This document shows positions 42,082 through 51,860 of a stretch of DNA of 64,000 bases, one piece after another (the first letter of the stretch is position 1; every line of letters starts with the position of its first letter). The DNA is from an uncultured Arcobacter sp. (GTDB lineage: Bacteria; Campylobacterota; Campylobacteria; Campylobacterales; Arcobacteraceae): assembly GCA_965140705.1 (NCBI GenBank), contig OZ223301.1:192001-256000 (forward strand), read 5' to 3'. A program made the translations under genes and the position numbers. Under the pieces are notes generated by a model. The model was not told the DNA's origin. It worked only from the letters and a program-made list of their open reading frames with translations, and made no database searches.

Positions 42082-42170
42082 ATTGAGTTAATTATATAAA
42101 AATTACATAGGTAAAGATACTCAATGTCTGACAATTTTATTTATTTAAAAATCTAGTTTTTCTGTCGCTT
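42082..42170. repeat. Integrase-tail/hairpin repeat, copy 2
   Basis: TAGGTAAAGATACTCAATGTCTGAC at 42108-42132; ATTGAGT/ACTCAAT outer stem; adjoins the integrase stop codon. Confidence 0.8.
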
Positions 42171-42552
42171 CATGTCTTTTATTATCAATTAAATGACTAT
42201 ATCTCATAGTTGTTTCAATCTTTTTATGTCCTAGTTGTTCTTTTATATGTAAAATATCAACTCCACTTTGAGCTAACCAACTTGCATGGGTATGTCTTAA
42301 GGTATGAACAGTAATTCTATTTTTATTTGCAGTTTTATTATCTTTGATAAGTTTATCAACTATTGTTTGCCATCTTTTTGGCATCTTATCATACATTTTT
42401 CCATATTTTGTTGGTATAACTAACTGATTGGTTTTTTCTAATTCTAATAAATTTAATACTTCCAAAACCCTAGTTGTCATTTTTATATATCTTGCATTTC
42501 CATCTTTTGAGGGTTCAAAATAAATTAAGTTTGTATTAAAATTAATATCTGA
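42145..42552 (-). pseudogene. Tyrosine recombinase/integrase, 5'-truncated
   Basis: HTLRHTHASWL, LGH and TMRY catalytic motifs; the frame extends upstream as SDINFNTNLIYFEPSKDGNARYIK to a stop at 42553-42555; box I Arg and the N-terminal domains are absent. Confidence 0.88.
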
Positions 42553-42816
42553 TTATTCCTTTATCCCCAGAGATTTGACTTTCAATTTCGTATTCTTCTA
42601 TTTATAATATCAAAATTATTAAACAAGTAAATTAGCTCCTTTACATTATTTTTGAATAACAAAATATGGATATAATAATTTTAAATAAAATAAATTTTTA
42701 AATATTTTAAGTATTTGTCTTTTTGATATAAGTGAAGAGACTATTTCAAAAGCAATATTGCTTTAGTTATCATGTTTCACTGAATAATCGTAGACAATTT
42801 ACACAAGGAGTATAAT

Positions 42817-43554
42817 ATGGATAATAGTTTTTATGTAGTAGCAAAAGAACCAGGTGCTGAAAATCCATCTTTGCCTACATGGGCAAATAATATTGAAAAT
42901 GAGATAAATTTAGATGAAAGTCTTACACCTAAAATAGAAAGAATAGACTTAGATAATGTACCAGGTGCTTTTCAATTATTAAATGTTTTTACGGAAGAAG
43001 AATGTAATAATTTTATTAAAATCACTGAATCGGTAGGATATTTAGAAGATGCAGCTGTTTCTTTGCCTAGAACAGTTAGACATAATGATAATCTAACATG
43101 GGTGGTTGATGATTTAACACATGATATCATTTGGAATAGATGTGAAGATTTTATGTATGATAATAAGGATACTTTTTTAGGGAAAAAAGCTTTAGGAATA
43201 AATAAACGATTTAGATTTTATAAATATTCAGAAGGAGACTTTTTTAAAGTGCATACAGATGGTTCTTGGCCTGGAAGTCGTGTAGTAAATAAAGAGCTCA
43301 TAACAAATTTTTATAATGATAGATATAGTCAAATGACTTTTTTAATTCTTTTAAGTGAAGATTTCGAAGGTGGGGAAACGCAATTTATTGTAAATAATAA
43401 TGGTACAAAAGAGTTAGTAAATGTACGAACACCTAAAGGTGGGGTATTATGTTTTCCACATGGTCTTCATCCATTGCATTGTTTACATAGTTCAAACATT
43501 ATTACGTCAGGAGTTAAATATATTATAAGAACTGATGTGTTATTTGAAATTTAA
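42817..43554 (+). CDS. 2OG-Fe(II) oxygenase, prolyl 4-hydroxylase-like
   Basis: RFYKY, HTD (HxD), FEGGET, distal H, KYIIRTDV. Confidence 0.88.
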   Translation: MDNSFYVVAKEPGAENPSLPTWANNIENEINLDESLTPKIERIDLDNVPGAFQLLNVFTEEECNNFIKITESVGYLEDAAVSLPRTVRHNDNLTWVVDDLTHDIIWNRCEDFMYDNKDTFLGKKALGINKRFRFYKYSEGDFFKVHTDGSWPGSRVVNKELITNFYNDRYSQMTFLILLSEDFEGGETQFIVNNNGTKELVNVRTPKGGVLCFPHGLHPLHCLHSSNIITSGVKYIIRTDVLFEI

Positions 43555-43575
43555 ATAATTTCGTGTGTACTAATA

Positions 43576-44184
43576 TTATACCTTGTAAGCATCCATAAAT
43601 AGATTAACAGCTCTTATTGCCATTTCGTCCATCTCTTTTTTCGAATATTTTATGTCAATATTTAAAAGAAATGGATACATTAATTCTGCTTCTAGTAGTC
43701 CACATAATTGCTTTGCTGCAATAGTTGTATTTGTTTTTTTTATTTTGTTTAACTGTATACTTTTTTCTAAAAAGTTAGAAATGATATTTTGACTTTTTAA
43801 TACTCTATTGTTGTAAGCAATTTTTCCTAAGTCTGTTATTCCTGATTGGCTTATTGTTAATCTTCTTAATTCTCTTAATTCTGGTGAATATAAAAAAGCT
43901 AGGAGTCTTTTACCAAATTCACATAATTGTTCATATACATTTTCTACTTTAGAAGATTCAGAGATTGTTTCGTATACAAATTGAAATTCTTCTTCATTTG
44001 ATATAGAAATTACTTCAAAAAATAGTTCTTCTTTAGAAGAAAAATAGTTATAAAGTGTTGTTTTAGAACCACCAACTTGTGCACAAATCTTTGACATAGA
44101 AGCTCTTTCAAATCCAAATTCTTTGAAAACCTCTGTTGCGGCTTGAATAATAGCTTGTCTTTTGGTTTCTGTTTTTTTTCTCAT
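43576..44184 (-). CDS. TetR/AcrR family regulator
   Basis: GFERASM...GGSKTTLYNYFSSKEELF HTH; divergent from the efflux operon. Confidence 0.93.
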   Translation of the reverse strand: MRKKTETKRQAIIQAATEVFKEFGFERASMSKICAQVGGSKTTLYNYFSSKEELFFEVISISNEEEFQFVYETISESSKVENVYEQLCEFGKRLLAFLYSPELRELRRLTISQSGITDLGKIAYNNRVLKSQNIISNFLEKSIQLNKIKKTNTTIAAKQLCGLLEAELMYPFLLNIDIKYSKKEMDEMAIRAVNLFMDAYKV

Positions 44185-44255
44185 TAATATTTCTTTTAGA
44201 TAGATTTTTTAAAGTTATCTTAACATCTAAAAAGATAATATTCTCTTAACTAAAC

Positions 44256-44276
44256 AATACAGTACAGTACAATTTT
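44256..44276. promoter_or_regulatory. Candidate TetR operator (AATAC-AGTAC-AGTAC-AATTTT)
   Basis: GTAC-A-GTAC palindromic core in the 106-bp tetR/efflux intergenic region. Confidence 0.4.
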
Positions 44277-44290
44277 AAAAAAGGGTACAT

Positions 44291-45778
44291 ATGAATGATA
44301 AAAATACTAATTTATTATCAAGATATTTAAAAACAATAATGACAATAAGTACACTTAGTATAATGATAAATGGATGTGCATTACTTCCTGGTGAAAAAGA
44401 ACTAATCAAACCAAATACAATATCAAAATATAAGTCAAAAGAGTCTTTTGATAGTAAAATAAAAACACAATGGACAAAAGAGTCATGGTGGAAAGTTTAT
44501 GGTGATAAGCAACTAAATGAGTTGATAAGTGAAGCATTAAAAGATTCACCAAATATTATTTCTGCAATGGCAAGGTTAAATGAAGCAGATGCTTATACTC
44601 AAGTTACAAAATCAATAAATTTACCACAAATAAGTGCAAATGCACAAGTAACAGAAGAGAAACATAGTTATAACTATATTACACCGCCATCTGTTACTCC
44701 AAGAGGTTGGAATGACTATGGACAAGCTACTTTAAATTTTTCTTGGGAGTTAGATTTTTGGGGTAAAAATCGTGCAACTATAGCTGCTAGTATTTCAAAT
44801 GTTGAAGCTATGAAAGCGGAACTCGCACAAACAAGATTAACCCTTTCTAGTGCAATAGCAAGTAATTATGCCCAATTGGCAAGACTTTATGCCAATATGG
44901 ATGAATTAAAAGAGTACTTAGTAGTTCAAAATAAATTATTGGTATTGTTAAATCAAAGATATGAAAACGGACTTGAAAATAAATCAACAGTAGACGATGC
45001 AAAAAGTTTATTAGCAAATGCACAAGGAGATGTTTTATCATTAGATGAACAAATCTCTTTACAAAAAAATAAAATAGCAGCACTAATGGGTGCAGGACCT
45101 GATAGAGGTCTTAAAATAACCCGTCCAACAATTGATTTTTATCAAATCAAATTTGGTTTACCCAATGATTTAGCAGTTAATTTGTTGGGAAGACGACCAG
45201 ACATAATGGCTGCTAGGATGCAAGTAGAATCAAAAGAGCATTTAATAAAAGAGAAAAAAGCTGAGTTTTACCCTAATATAAATCTTTCTGCTTTTATTGG
45301 ATTACAATCTTTAGGATTGAATTTACTTCATGAAAAAGATTCTTATATGGGTTCAGTAGGTCCTGCTATCTCTTTACCTATTTTCTCAGCAGGAAGATTA
45401 AAAGGTGATTTGCGTAGAAATGAAAGTATATATGAGCAAGCAGTTGCAAACTATAATCAAACCATAACTCAAGCTTTAAAAGAGGTTGCAGATGCAGGGA
45501 CTAGTCAAAAATCATTGACAAAACAGATTTTTAGATCTTTGGAAGCACTAAATTCTTCAAAAGAAGCTTATGAGATAAAAACAAAGCGTTATGAAGGTGG
45601 ACTTAGTAATTATTTAGAAGTCTTATATTCACAAGAAAATCTTATAAATGCAAAAAGAAATTTTATAAATCAAAAAAGTAGAGCGCTTACTTTAGATATA
45701 GCACTTAAGTATGCACTTGGGGGCGGATATAATCAAAAATTGCCTATGAATGAAAAAGGAAACAATAATGGAAAATAA
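44291..45778 (+). CDS. Efflux outer membrane factor lipoprotein (NodT/OprM family)
   Basis: INGC lipobox, WWKVYGD.QL..LI.EAL..SP, WELDFWG, LL.RRPDI, ALGGG. Confidence 0.92.
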   Translation: MNDKNTNLLSRYLKTIMTISTLSIMINGCALLPGEKELIKPNTISKYKSKESFDSKIKTQWTKESWWKVYGDKQLNELISEALKDSPNIISAMARLNEADAYTQVTKSINLPQISANAQVTEEKHSYNYITPPSVTPRGWNDYGQATLNFSWELDFWGKNRATIAASISNVEAMKAELAQTRLTLSSAIASNYAQLARLYANMDELKEYLVVQNKLLVLLNQRYENGLENKSTVDDAKSLLANAQGDVLSLDEQISLQKNKIAALMGAGPDRGLKITRPTIDFYQIKFGLPNDLAVNLLGRRPDIMAARMQVESKEHLIKEKKAEFYPNINLSAFIGLQSLGLNLLHEKDSYMGSVGPAISLPIFSAGRLKGDLRRNESIYEQAVANYNQTITQALKEVADAGTSQKSLTKQIFRSLEALNSSKEAYEIKTKRYEGGLSNYLEVLYSQENLINAKRNFINQKSRALTLDIALKYALGGGYNQKLPMNEKGNNNGK

Positions 45779-46901
45779 TAAAAAAAGCACTGAAAAAGTA
45801 AAGAAAAATCAAAGTAAAAGAAAAAAAGCACTTTTGATTTTCTTAGTATTGATAATTTTAGTAGGGGCATCTTTTGGCTTATATTGGTATTTTTATGCTT
45901 CACATTATGTTTCAACTGATAATGCATATACAGATGTTGAAATAGCACAAGTTACCCCTTCAGTTGGCGGTACAATTAGTGATGTTCTTGTTTCAAATAC
46001 TCAAGTTGTAAAAAAAGGTGATATTTTAGTAAAAATAGATCAAACAGATACTTCTTTAGCAGTAGAAGAAGCAAAAGCAAATTTAAGTCTAGCAATTCGT
46101 CGTGTAAAAGGTTATATGGCAAATAATAAAGGCTTAAATGCGCTAATTGAAGCTAGAAAAGCTGATGAAATGAGAATGAATGCAAAACTAAGTTCTGCAA
46201 AAGCTGACTTTCAAAAGGCACAAATTGATTTAAAAAGACGTGAAAAATTAATCTTATCTGGTGCAATTTCAGCAGATGAATTAACAAAAGCAAAAAATGC
46301 TTATGAAAATGCAAAATCGAACCTAGATGCAACAATAGCAGAAGTAAAACAGTCAAAATCAAATATTGTTTCTGCAATTGGTTCAAGAAATCAAAATGCA
46401 ACAAAAATTGATGATGTAAGTGTAGAAAACAATCCAGAAGTTCTTTTAGCAAAAGCAAAATTAGACCAAGCAATTGTAAATTTTAATCGTACAATAATAA
46501 AAGCACCAATATCTGGAATAATTGCAAAAAGACAAGTAGAACTTGGACAAAGAGTTCAAGAGGGAACACCTTTATTATCAATAGTTCCTACACAAAACAT
46601 ATATGTAAATGCAAACTTTAAAGAGGGTAAATTAAGACGGGTTAAAGTTGGTCAAGATGTAATAGTTCATGCAGATATATATGGAAATGATGTTACATAT
46701 CATGGTAAAGTAGAAGGTTTTTCTGGTGGGACAGGAGCAGCTTTTTCTTTAATTCCTGCACAAAATGCTACTGGGAATTGGATTAAAGTTGTTCAAAGGG
46801 TACCAGTTCGTATTAAGTTACTTCCAGAAGAGTTAAAAGCTCACCCTTTAAAAGTAGGTCTCTCAATGGATGTAGAGATAAATACATTTGACCAAAAATA
46901 A
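45768..46901 (+). CDS. emrA: EmrA/EmrK-type periplasmic adaptor
   Basis: STDNAY, ANFKE, FSLIPAQNATGNWIKVVQRVPVRI; AAGGA SD before the ATG at 45768. Confidence 0.92.
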   Translation: MENNKKSTEKVKKNQSKRKKALLIFLVLIILVGASFGLYWYFYASHYVSTDNAYTDVEIAQVTPSVGGTISDVLVSNTQVVKKGDILVKIDQTDTSLAVEEAKANLSLAIRRVKGYMANNKGLNALIEARKADEMRMNAKLSSAKADFQKAQIDLKRREKLILSGAISADELTKAKNAYENAKSNLDATIAEVKQSKSNIVSAIGSRNQNATKIDDVSVENNPEVLLAKAKLDQAIVNFNRTIIKAPISGIIAKRQVELGQRVQEGTPLLSIVPTQNIYVNANFKEGKLRRVKVGQDVIVHADIYGNDVTYHGKVEGFSGGTGAAFSLIPAQNATGNWIKVVQRVPVRIKLLPEELKAHPLKVGLSMDVEINTFDQK

Positions 46902-46915
46902 AATGAGAATCTATT

Positions 46916-48466
46916 ATGCAAAATGATAAAGCTACTTCTGAAGAGCTTATAGGAGAATTTAAATTACCCAAAACAATGTTTTGGATTGCAGCACTTATGC
47001 TTACAACTGCAAATTTCATTGCAGTTTTAAACATGACTATTGCAAATGTATCAGTTCCTCATATTGCTGGAAATTTAGGAGCAACTGCCTCTCAAGGTAC
47101 TTGGGTAATCACAGCTTATGCCATTGGTGAAGCAATTACTGTACCTCTTACTGGTTGGTTTGCAGCTAGATTTGGAGCTATAAAAGTATTTGTGGTATCT
47201 ATGGTTATGTTTGGGCTATTTTCTATAGTTTGTGGACTCTCTGATTCTTTAGGTTTACTTGTTATTGCAAGAGTATTTCAAGGATTTTCAGGTGGACCTT
47301 TGATGCCACTTTCTCAAACTTTACTTTTAAGACTTTTCCCTAAAGATAAAGCAGGCTTGGCTATAGGGATGTGGTCTATGACAACACTTGTAGCTCCTGT
47401 TTTAGGTCCTATAGTAGGAGGTTATGTTTGTGATGAATATAGTTGGCCTTGGGTATTTTTCTTAAATTCTCCTATTGTAATTATTTGTGGATTTTTTGCT
47501 TGGGAGATATTAAAAGATTATGTTGAGCCTTTAGTTAAAAAACCTATTGATGTTACGGGTTTAGTTTTGTTGATTATTTGGGTAGTAACTTTACAATTAG
47601 TATTAGATGAGGGGAAAGACCTTGATTGGTTTTCTTCTGATAAAATTGTAATATTATCGATAATCTCCTTTATAGGATTTGTTAGTTTTATAATTTGGGA
47701 GTTTTATGAAGAACACCCTGTTGTGGATTTAAAAATTTTTAGGCATAGAGGTTTTACTATTAGTGTTTTAACTGTAAGTTTAGCTTTTGGTGCATATTTT
47801 GGTGCCAATGTTTTAACTCCCCTTTGGCTTCAAACCTTGATGGGATATACAGGAACTCAAGCTGGACTTGCTGCTTGTTGGACTGGACTTGCAGGATTAG
47901 TTGTAGCCCCTTTTGTAGCAAAAGCTGCAACAACAACAGATGCTAGAAAGCTAGTTTTTGTAGGTGTATTGTGGCTTGGTCTTATGACCTTTTGGAGAGG
48001 AATAGCAAATACAGATATGGCTTTTATAGATGTAATGTTACCTCTATTATTTATGGGATTTGGATTGCCTTTCTTTTTTATTCCCTCAATGGGCTTATCA
48101 CTTTCAAGTGTTGAAAGAAATGAAGTAGATTCAGCAGCAGGGTTACTAAATTTTGTTCGTACACTTTCAGGAGCTTTTTCAACATCATTTGTAGCAACAG
48201 CTTGGAGTAACAAAACAATTGAAAATCATGTTCACCTAGTATCTATTACAGATAGTGATAGTAGTGTACGAATAGCAATGGAACATTCAGGTATGAGTAA
48301 AGACTTAATTAATCAAACAATAAATATGATGATAAATAAACAAAGTGTAATGTTAGCAACAAATCAAGTTATGATTACACTTTCTGTTGTATTTGTTTTT
48401 GCGGCTATTATTATTTGGGGAGCTCCAAAACCTATAAAAGTCCCTAAGACAACTGCTGCTCATTAA
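46916..48466 (+). CDS. emrB: DHA2 family MFS efflux permease
   Basis: TIANVSVPHIAG, WVITAY, RVFQG, GPLMPLSQ, GPIVGG; 14-TM pattern. Confidence 0.92.
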   Translation: MQNDKATSEELIGEFKLPKTMFWIAALMLTTANFIAVLNMTIANVSVPHIAGNLGATASQGTWVITAYAIGEAITVPLTGWFAARFGAIKVFVVSMVMFGLFSIVCGLSDSLGLLVIARVFQGFSGGPLMPLSQTLLLRLFPKDKAGLAIGMWSMTTLVAPVLGPIVGGYVCDEYSWPWVFFLNSPIVIICGFFAWEILKDYVEPLVKKPIDVTGLVLLIIWVVTLQLVLDEGKDLDWFSSDKIVILSIISFIGFVSFIIWEFYEEHPVVDLKIFRHRGFTISVLTVSLAFGAYFGANVLTPLWLQTLMGYTGTQAGLAACWTGLAGLVVAPFVAKAATTTDARKLVFVGVLWLGLMTFWRGIANTDMAFIDVMLPLLFMGFGLPFFFIPSMGLSLSSVERNEVDSAAGLLNFVRTLSGAFSTSFVATAWSNKTIENHVHLVSITDSDSSVRIAMEHSGMSKDLINQTINMMINKQSVMLATNQVMITLSVVFVFAAIIIWGAPKPIKVPKTTAAH

Positions 48467-48484
48467 TTTTAAAAAGAGCTATAA

Positions 48485-49342
48485 TTAAATAAATTTAGCT
48501 CTTACTTTTTTTAATATGTTGATAATAAGTAAAAGTAAAAAACCTATAATAAATCCTACTAGTAGATGATTTAAAATAAGAGGAATATTTTCAAAAAAGA
48601 GCTCTTCTATTGGATGAATATTATGTGAAAGAATTCCTCCTCCCACTAAAATCATGGCAAATGTTCCAACAACTGCTAGGAACTTAATTATTTTTGGCAT
48701 AAGTGTAATTAAAAAATTTCCAATAGTAATTTCATTTTTTTCAATCAACCAAAATCCAATATTATCCATTCTTATAATAAGTGCTACTATTCCATATACT
48801 CCAAAAGTAGCCACTATAGCAACAAAAGTTGTTACAAATATCTGTAAAGGTAAGGGCTCTTTTAATACAGTTCCCAATGCTATAATAACAATTTCTATAG
48901 AAAGAATAAAGTCTGTGAAGATTGCTGATTTTATTTTCTCTTTTTCAATTTTTAAAATATTATCACTCGTAGATTCAATAACCTCTTTTTTATGGGGATT
49001 ATGTAGTTTATTGTGAAGATATTCTTCTATCTTTTCAGCACCTTCATAAAGAAGGTACAATCCACCAAAAATTAGAATATAAGGGATAATAAAGGATGCA
49101 AAAGCACTTAATAAGAATGCTAAGGGAAGTATTATGGACTTATTTTTAAGAGAGCCTTTTATAATTGCCCAAATTACTTTTAGTTCTCGTTCTTGGCTAA
49201 AGCCTAGTGCTTTTTGGGCATTTACTGCTAAATCATCACCTAAAATCCCAGCAGTTTTTTGAGTAGCAATTTTGGTTGTAACTGCTACATCATCAGCTAA
49301 TACAGCAATATCATCTAAAAGAGCAAATATACCTGAAGCCAT
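48485..49342 (-). CDS. DUF808 (YedI) family membrane protein
   Basis: FALLDDIA, GDDLAVNA, GSLKNK, TDFILSIEI. Confidence 0.9.
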   Translation of the reverse strand: MASGIFALLDDIAVLADDVAVTTKIATQKTAGILGDDLAVNAQKALGFSQERELKVIWAIIKGSLKNKSIILPLAFLLSAFASFIIPYILIFGGLYLLYEGAEKIEEYLHNKLHNPHKKEVIESTSDNILKIEKEKIKSAIFTDFILSIEIVIIALGTVLKEPLPLQIFVTTFVAIVATFGVYGIVALIIRMDNIGFWLIEKNEITIGNFLITLMPKIIKFLAVVGTFAMILVGGGILSHNIHPIEELFFENIPLILNHLLVGFIIGFLLLLIINILKKVRAKFI

Positions 49343-49384
49343 ATTTTAGCCTTTATTTAAAATTATTTTTTATAAAAGTGAATT

Positions 49385-50008
49385 TTATTCATGGGTATAA
49401 AATGCTCTATCTCCTGCATCTCCAAGACCTGGTCTTATATATTTGTTATCATCAAGTCTTTCATCTATTTGAGCTATGAATATATCCACATCAGGATGAG
49501 CTTCCTGAACAGCTTTTATACCTTCAGGTGCTCCTAAAATATTTAGAGAGATGATTTTTTTTGCACCTTTACTTTTTAAGTAAGAAATTCCATCTATAAG
49601 TGAACCACCAGTTGCCACCATTGGATCTAATAAAAGAACAGTTTTATTTTCAAGTTCTGGAATATTTTCATAAAAAAGTTTTGATAAAGCAGTCTCTTCA
49701 TCTCTCTTCATAGCTAAAAATCCACTTCTAGCATATGGTAAAGTTCTTAAAATACCTGTAAGCATTGGTTCCCCAGCTCTTAAAATTGGTACTAATACTA
49801 GTTTTTGTACTTCTATCATTTGAACATCTAAAGGACCTTGCCATGTGTTTATATTTTGTGTAATTGTATTAAAATCAGCTAAGGCTTCAGCTGCAATTAT
49901 TCTTGAAATTTCTTCAATTGTAAGTCTAAATTCATTTGATGCAGTTCTTACATCTCTTAACCTATTTATTAGATGTTTTACTAGTATGTTAGTACTTTCT
50001 TTATACAT
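49385..50008 (-). CDS. upp: Uracil phosphoribosyltransferase
   Basis: VPILRAG, DPMVATGGS, YIRPGLGDAGDR. Confidence 0.97.
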   Translation of the reverse strand: MYKESTNILVKHLINRLRDVRTASNEFRLTIEEISRIIAAEALADFNTITQNINTWQGPLDVQMIEVQKLVLVPILRAGEPMLTGILRTLPYARSGFLAMKRDEETALSKLFYENIPELENKTVLLLDPMVATGGSLIDGISYLKSKGAKKIISLNILGAPEGIKAVQEAHPDVDIFIAQIDERLDDNKYIRPGLGDAGDRAFYTHE

Positions 50009-50140
50009 ATTTTGTCCTATTTTGTTTTATTATTTGGGCTTAATTATATCGCAAAATTGCTTATATACTAAACAAGGGTTTACATAATATTAACCATTAT
50101 TTGGTTACCATAACAAAATTATTTTAAATAAAGAGGATAA

Positions 50141-51391
50141 ATGAAACCCACAGATTACAATTTTAGACTCAAGGATTCTATTCTTGGTATACAGTTTTTG
50201 TTTGTTGCTTTTGGTGCACTTGTACTTGTACCAATCTTAACAGGACTTGATCCAAATGTTGCACTTTTTACAGCAGGGCTTGGTACTTTAGTATTTCAAC
50301 TTATAAATAGAAAAACAGTTCCCCCTATCTTTTTAGCTTCATCTTTTGCCTTTATTGCTCCTATTTCTTATGGGGTAAAAACTTGGGGAATAGCTGCAAC
50401 TATGTCAGGACTTGTTGCTTCTGGATTATTTTATGTTGTGCTTAGTTTTATTATTAGATTAAAAGGTGATAATTTTATTCATAAATTGTTACCAGCTGTT
50501 GTTGTGGGACCTGTGATTATTTCTATTGGACTTATTTTATCACCAGTTGCAGTAAATATGGCTATGGGTAAAACAGGCGATGGAGCAATTGTTTTAATTC
50601 CTTTTGATACAGCTATTATTATTTCTATGATTTCTCTTTTTACTATGGTATTTATTTCACTTTTAGGAAAAGGTATTTTCAAACTAATTCCTATTTTGGG
50701 TGCTATTTTTGTAGGTTATATTGTTTCAATATTTTTTGGGGTAGTTGATTTCTCAATTGTTGCAAAAGCTTCTTGGTTCTCTATTCCTAATTTTACAACT
50801 CCAGAGTTTAATTGGCAAGCTATTATTTTTATTTTACCAATTGCAATTGCACCTGCTATTGAGCATATTGGTGATATGTTGGCTATTTCAAATGTTACAA
50901 AAATGGATTATCTTAAAAAGCCAGGATTGAAAAATACGCTTTTAGGAGATGGTTTAGCAACTTCTGTTGCCTCAATGTTTGGTGGTCCACCAAATACTAC
51001 ATATTCAGAAGTTACAGGAGCAGTTACAGTAACAAAAGCATTTAACCCAGCAATCATGACTTGGGCTGCTATTGCTGCTATTGTTTTAGCATTTGTTGGG
51101 AAATTAGGTGGAATATTAGCTACTATTCCAGTTCCTGTTATGGGTGGAGTAATGTTATTACTTTTTGGAATTATTGCAAGTGTTGGTATTTCTACTTTAG
51201 TACGAGCTAATATTGATTTTAATTGTCCTAGAAATTTAGTTATTGTTTCTATGATTTTAGTTTTTGCTATTGGTGGAATGACTTTCAATTTTGGAGGAGT
51301 TTCATTCTCTGGAATTGGACTTGGTGCTATTACTGGTATATTTTTAAATCTAATATTACCACAACCACGAAAAGACGACCATATACTTTAG
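50141..51391 (+). CDS. uraA: Uracil-xanthine permease (NCS2)
   Basis: QFLFVAFGALVLVP, SSFAFI, EHIGD, PNTTYSE; divergent from upp. Confidence 0.92.
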   Translation: MKPTDYNFRLKDSILGIQFLFVAFGALVLVPILTGLDPNVALFTAGLGTLVFQLINRKTVPPIFLASSFAFIAPISYGVKTWGIAATMSGLVASGLFYVVLSFIIRLKGDNFIHKLLPAVVVGPVIISIGLILSPVAVNMAMGKTGDGAIVLIPFDTAIIISMISLFTMVFISLLGKGIFKLIPILGAIFVGYIVSIFFGVVDFSIVAKASWFSIPNFTTPEFNWQAIIFILPIAIAPAIEHIGDMLAISNVTKMDYLKKPGLKNTLLGDGLATSVASMFGGPPNTTYSEVTGAVTVTKAFNPAIMTWAAIAAIVLAFVGKLGGILATIPVPVMGGVMLLLFGIIASVGISTLVRANIDFNCPRNLVIVSMILVFAIGGMTFNFGGVSFSGIGLGAITGIFLNLILPQPRKDDHIL

Positions 51392-51417
51392 ATAAAAGGG
51401 GAATGTCTCCTTTTATC
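51391..51417 (+). terminator. Hairpin terminator after uraA
   Basis: GATAAAAGGGGA-atg-TCTCCTTTTATC 12-bp stem followed by T-rich sequence. Confidence 0.7.
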
Positions 51418-51510
51418 ATCTTTTATAAACTTTTTTATTTGTTTTGTTGCTATATTGAAACCATATTAAAGTAAAATTTTTCTTTCTTAATAAACTTGAT
51501 GGAGAAAAGA

Positions 51511-51846
51511 ATGAAGAAATCTATCGAAGAAATTGTAAAAGCAAAAGAAAGTAAAGATTCAAAAGAGCTAAAAAAACTTTCAAAATCTTCACACTATAAA
51601 GTAAGAAGAGCAGTAGCTAGAAATCCACATACCACTCAAAAAACTTTAAAAAAATTACAAAATGATCCCATTTTAAATGTAGCATATATGGCAAATAGGT
51701 TTGCAGAAAAAAAAATCTCATTTAAAGAATGTTCTTCTTTATCTTATCCTTGTGTTATTTGTGAAGAAGATGAATCGGAGTTTCACAATATTTGTATGAG
51801 TTGTAATAAAACTAATTATCACAAAAGTAAAAAGTTGTTCTCTTAA
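51511..51846 (+). CDS. Small protein with LRV-like repeats and a Cys-rich C-terminus
   Basis: VRRAVARNPHT...L..L..DP LRV-like repeat; CVIC...CMSC; GGAG SD before the ATG at 51511. Confidence 0.65.
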   Translation: MKKSIEEIVKAKESKDSKELKKLSKSSHYKVRRAVARNPHTTQKTLKKLQNDPILNVAYMANRFAEKKISFKECSSLSYPCVICEEDESEFHNICMSCNKTNYHKSKKLFS

Positions 51847-51860
51847 AGATATAAATATAC

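Larger units (their letters stand above)
37135..42552. mobile_element. Decayed genomic island at tRNA-Gly (right boundary uncertain; may extend to about 48470)
   Basis: Begins at a tRNA 3' end; contains orphan genes, two pseudogenes including a tyrosine recombinase, and a duplicated integrase tail; no attR copy seen. Confidence 0.65.

Noticed and set aside
39456..42170. The repeats as CRISPR repeats or integron attC sites
   Set aside because: Only two copies 2.6 kb apart, no cas genes, no RYYYAAC/GTTRRRY boxes, and the recombinase fragment shows no IntI-specific insertion.
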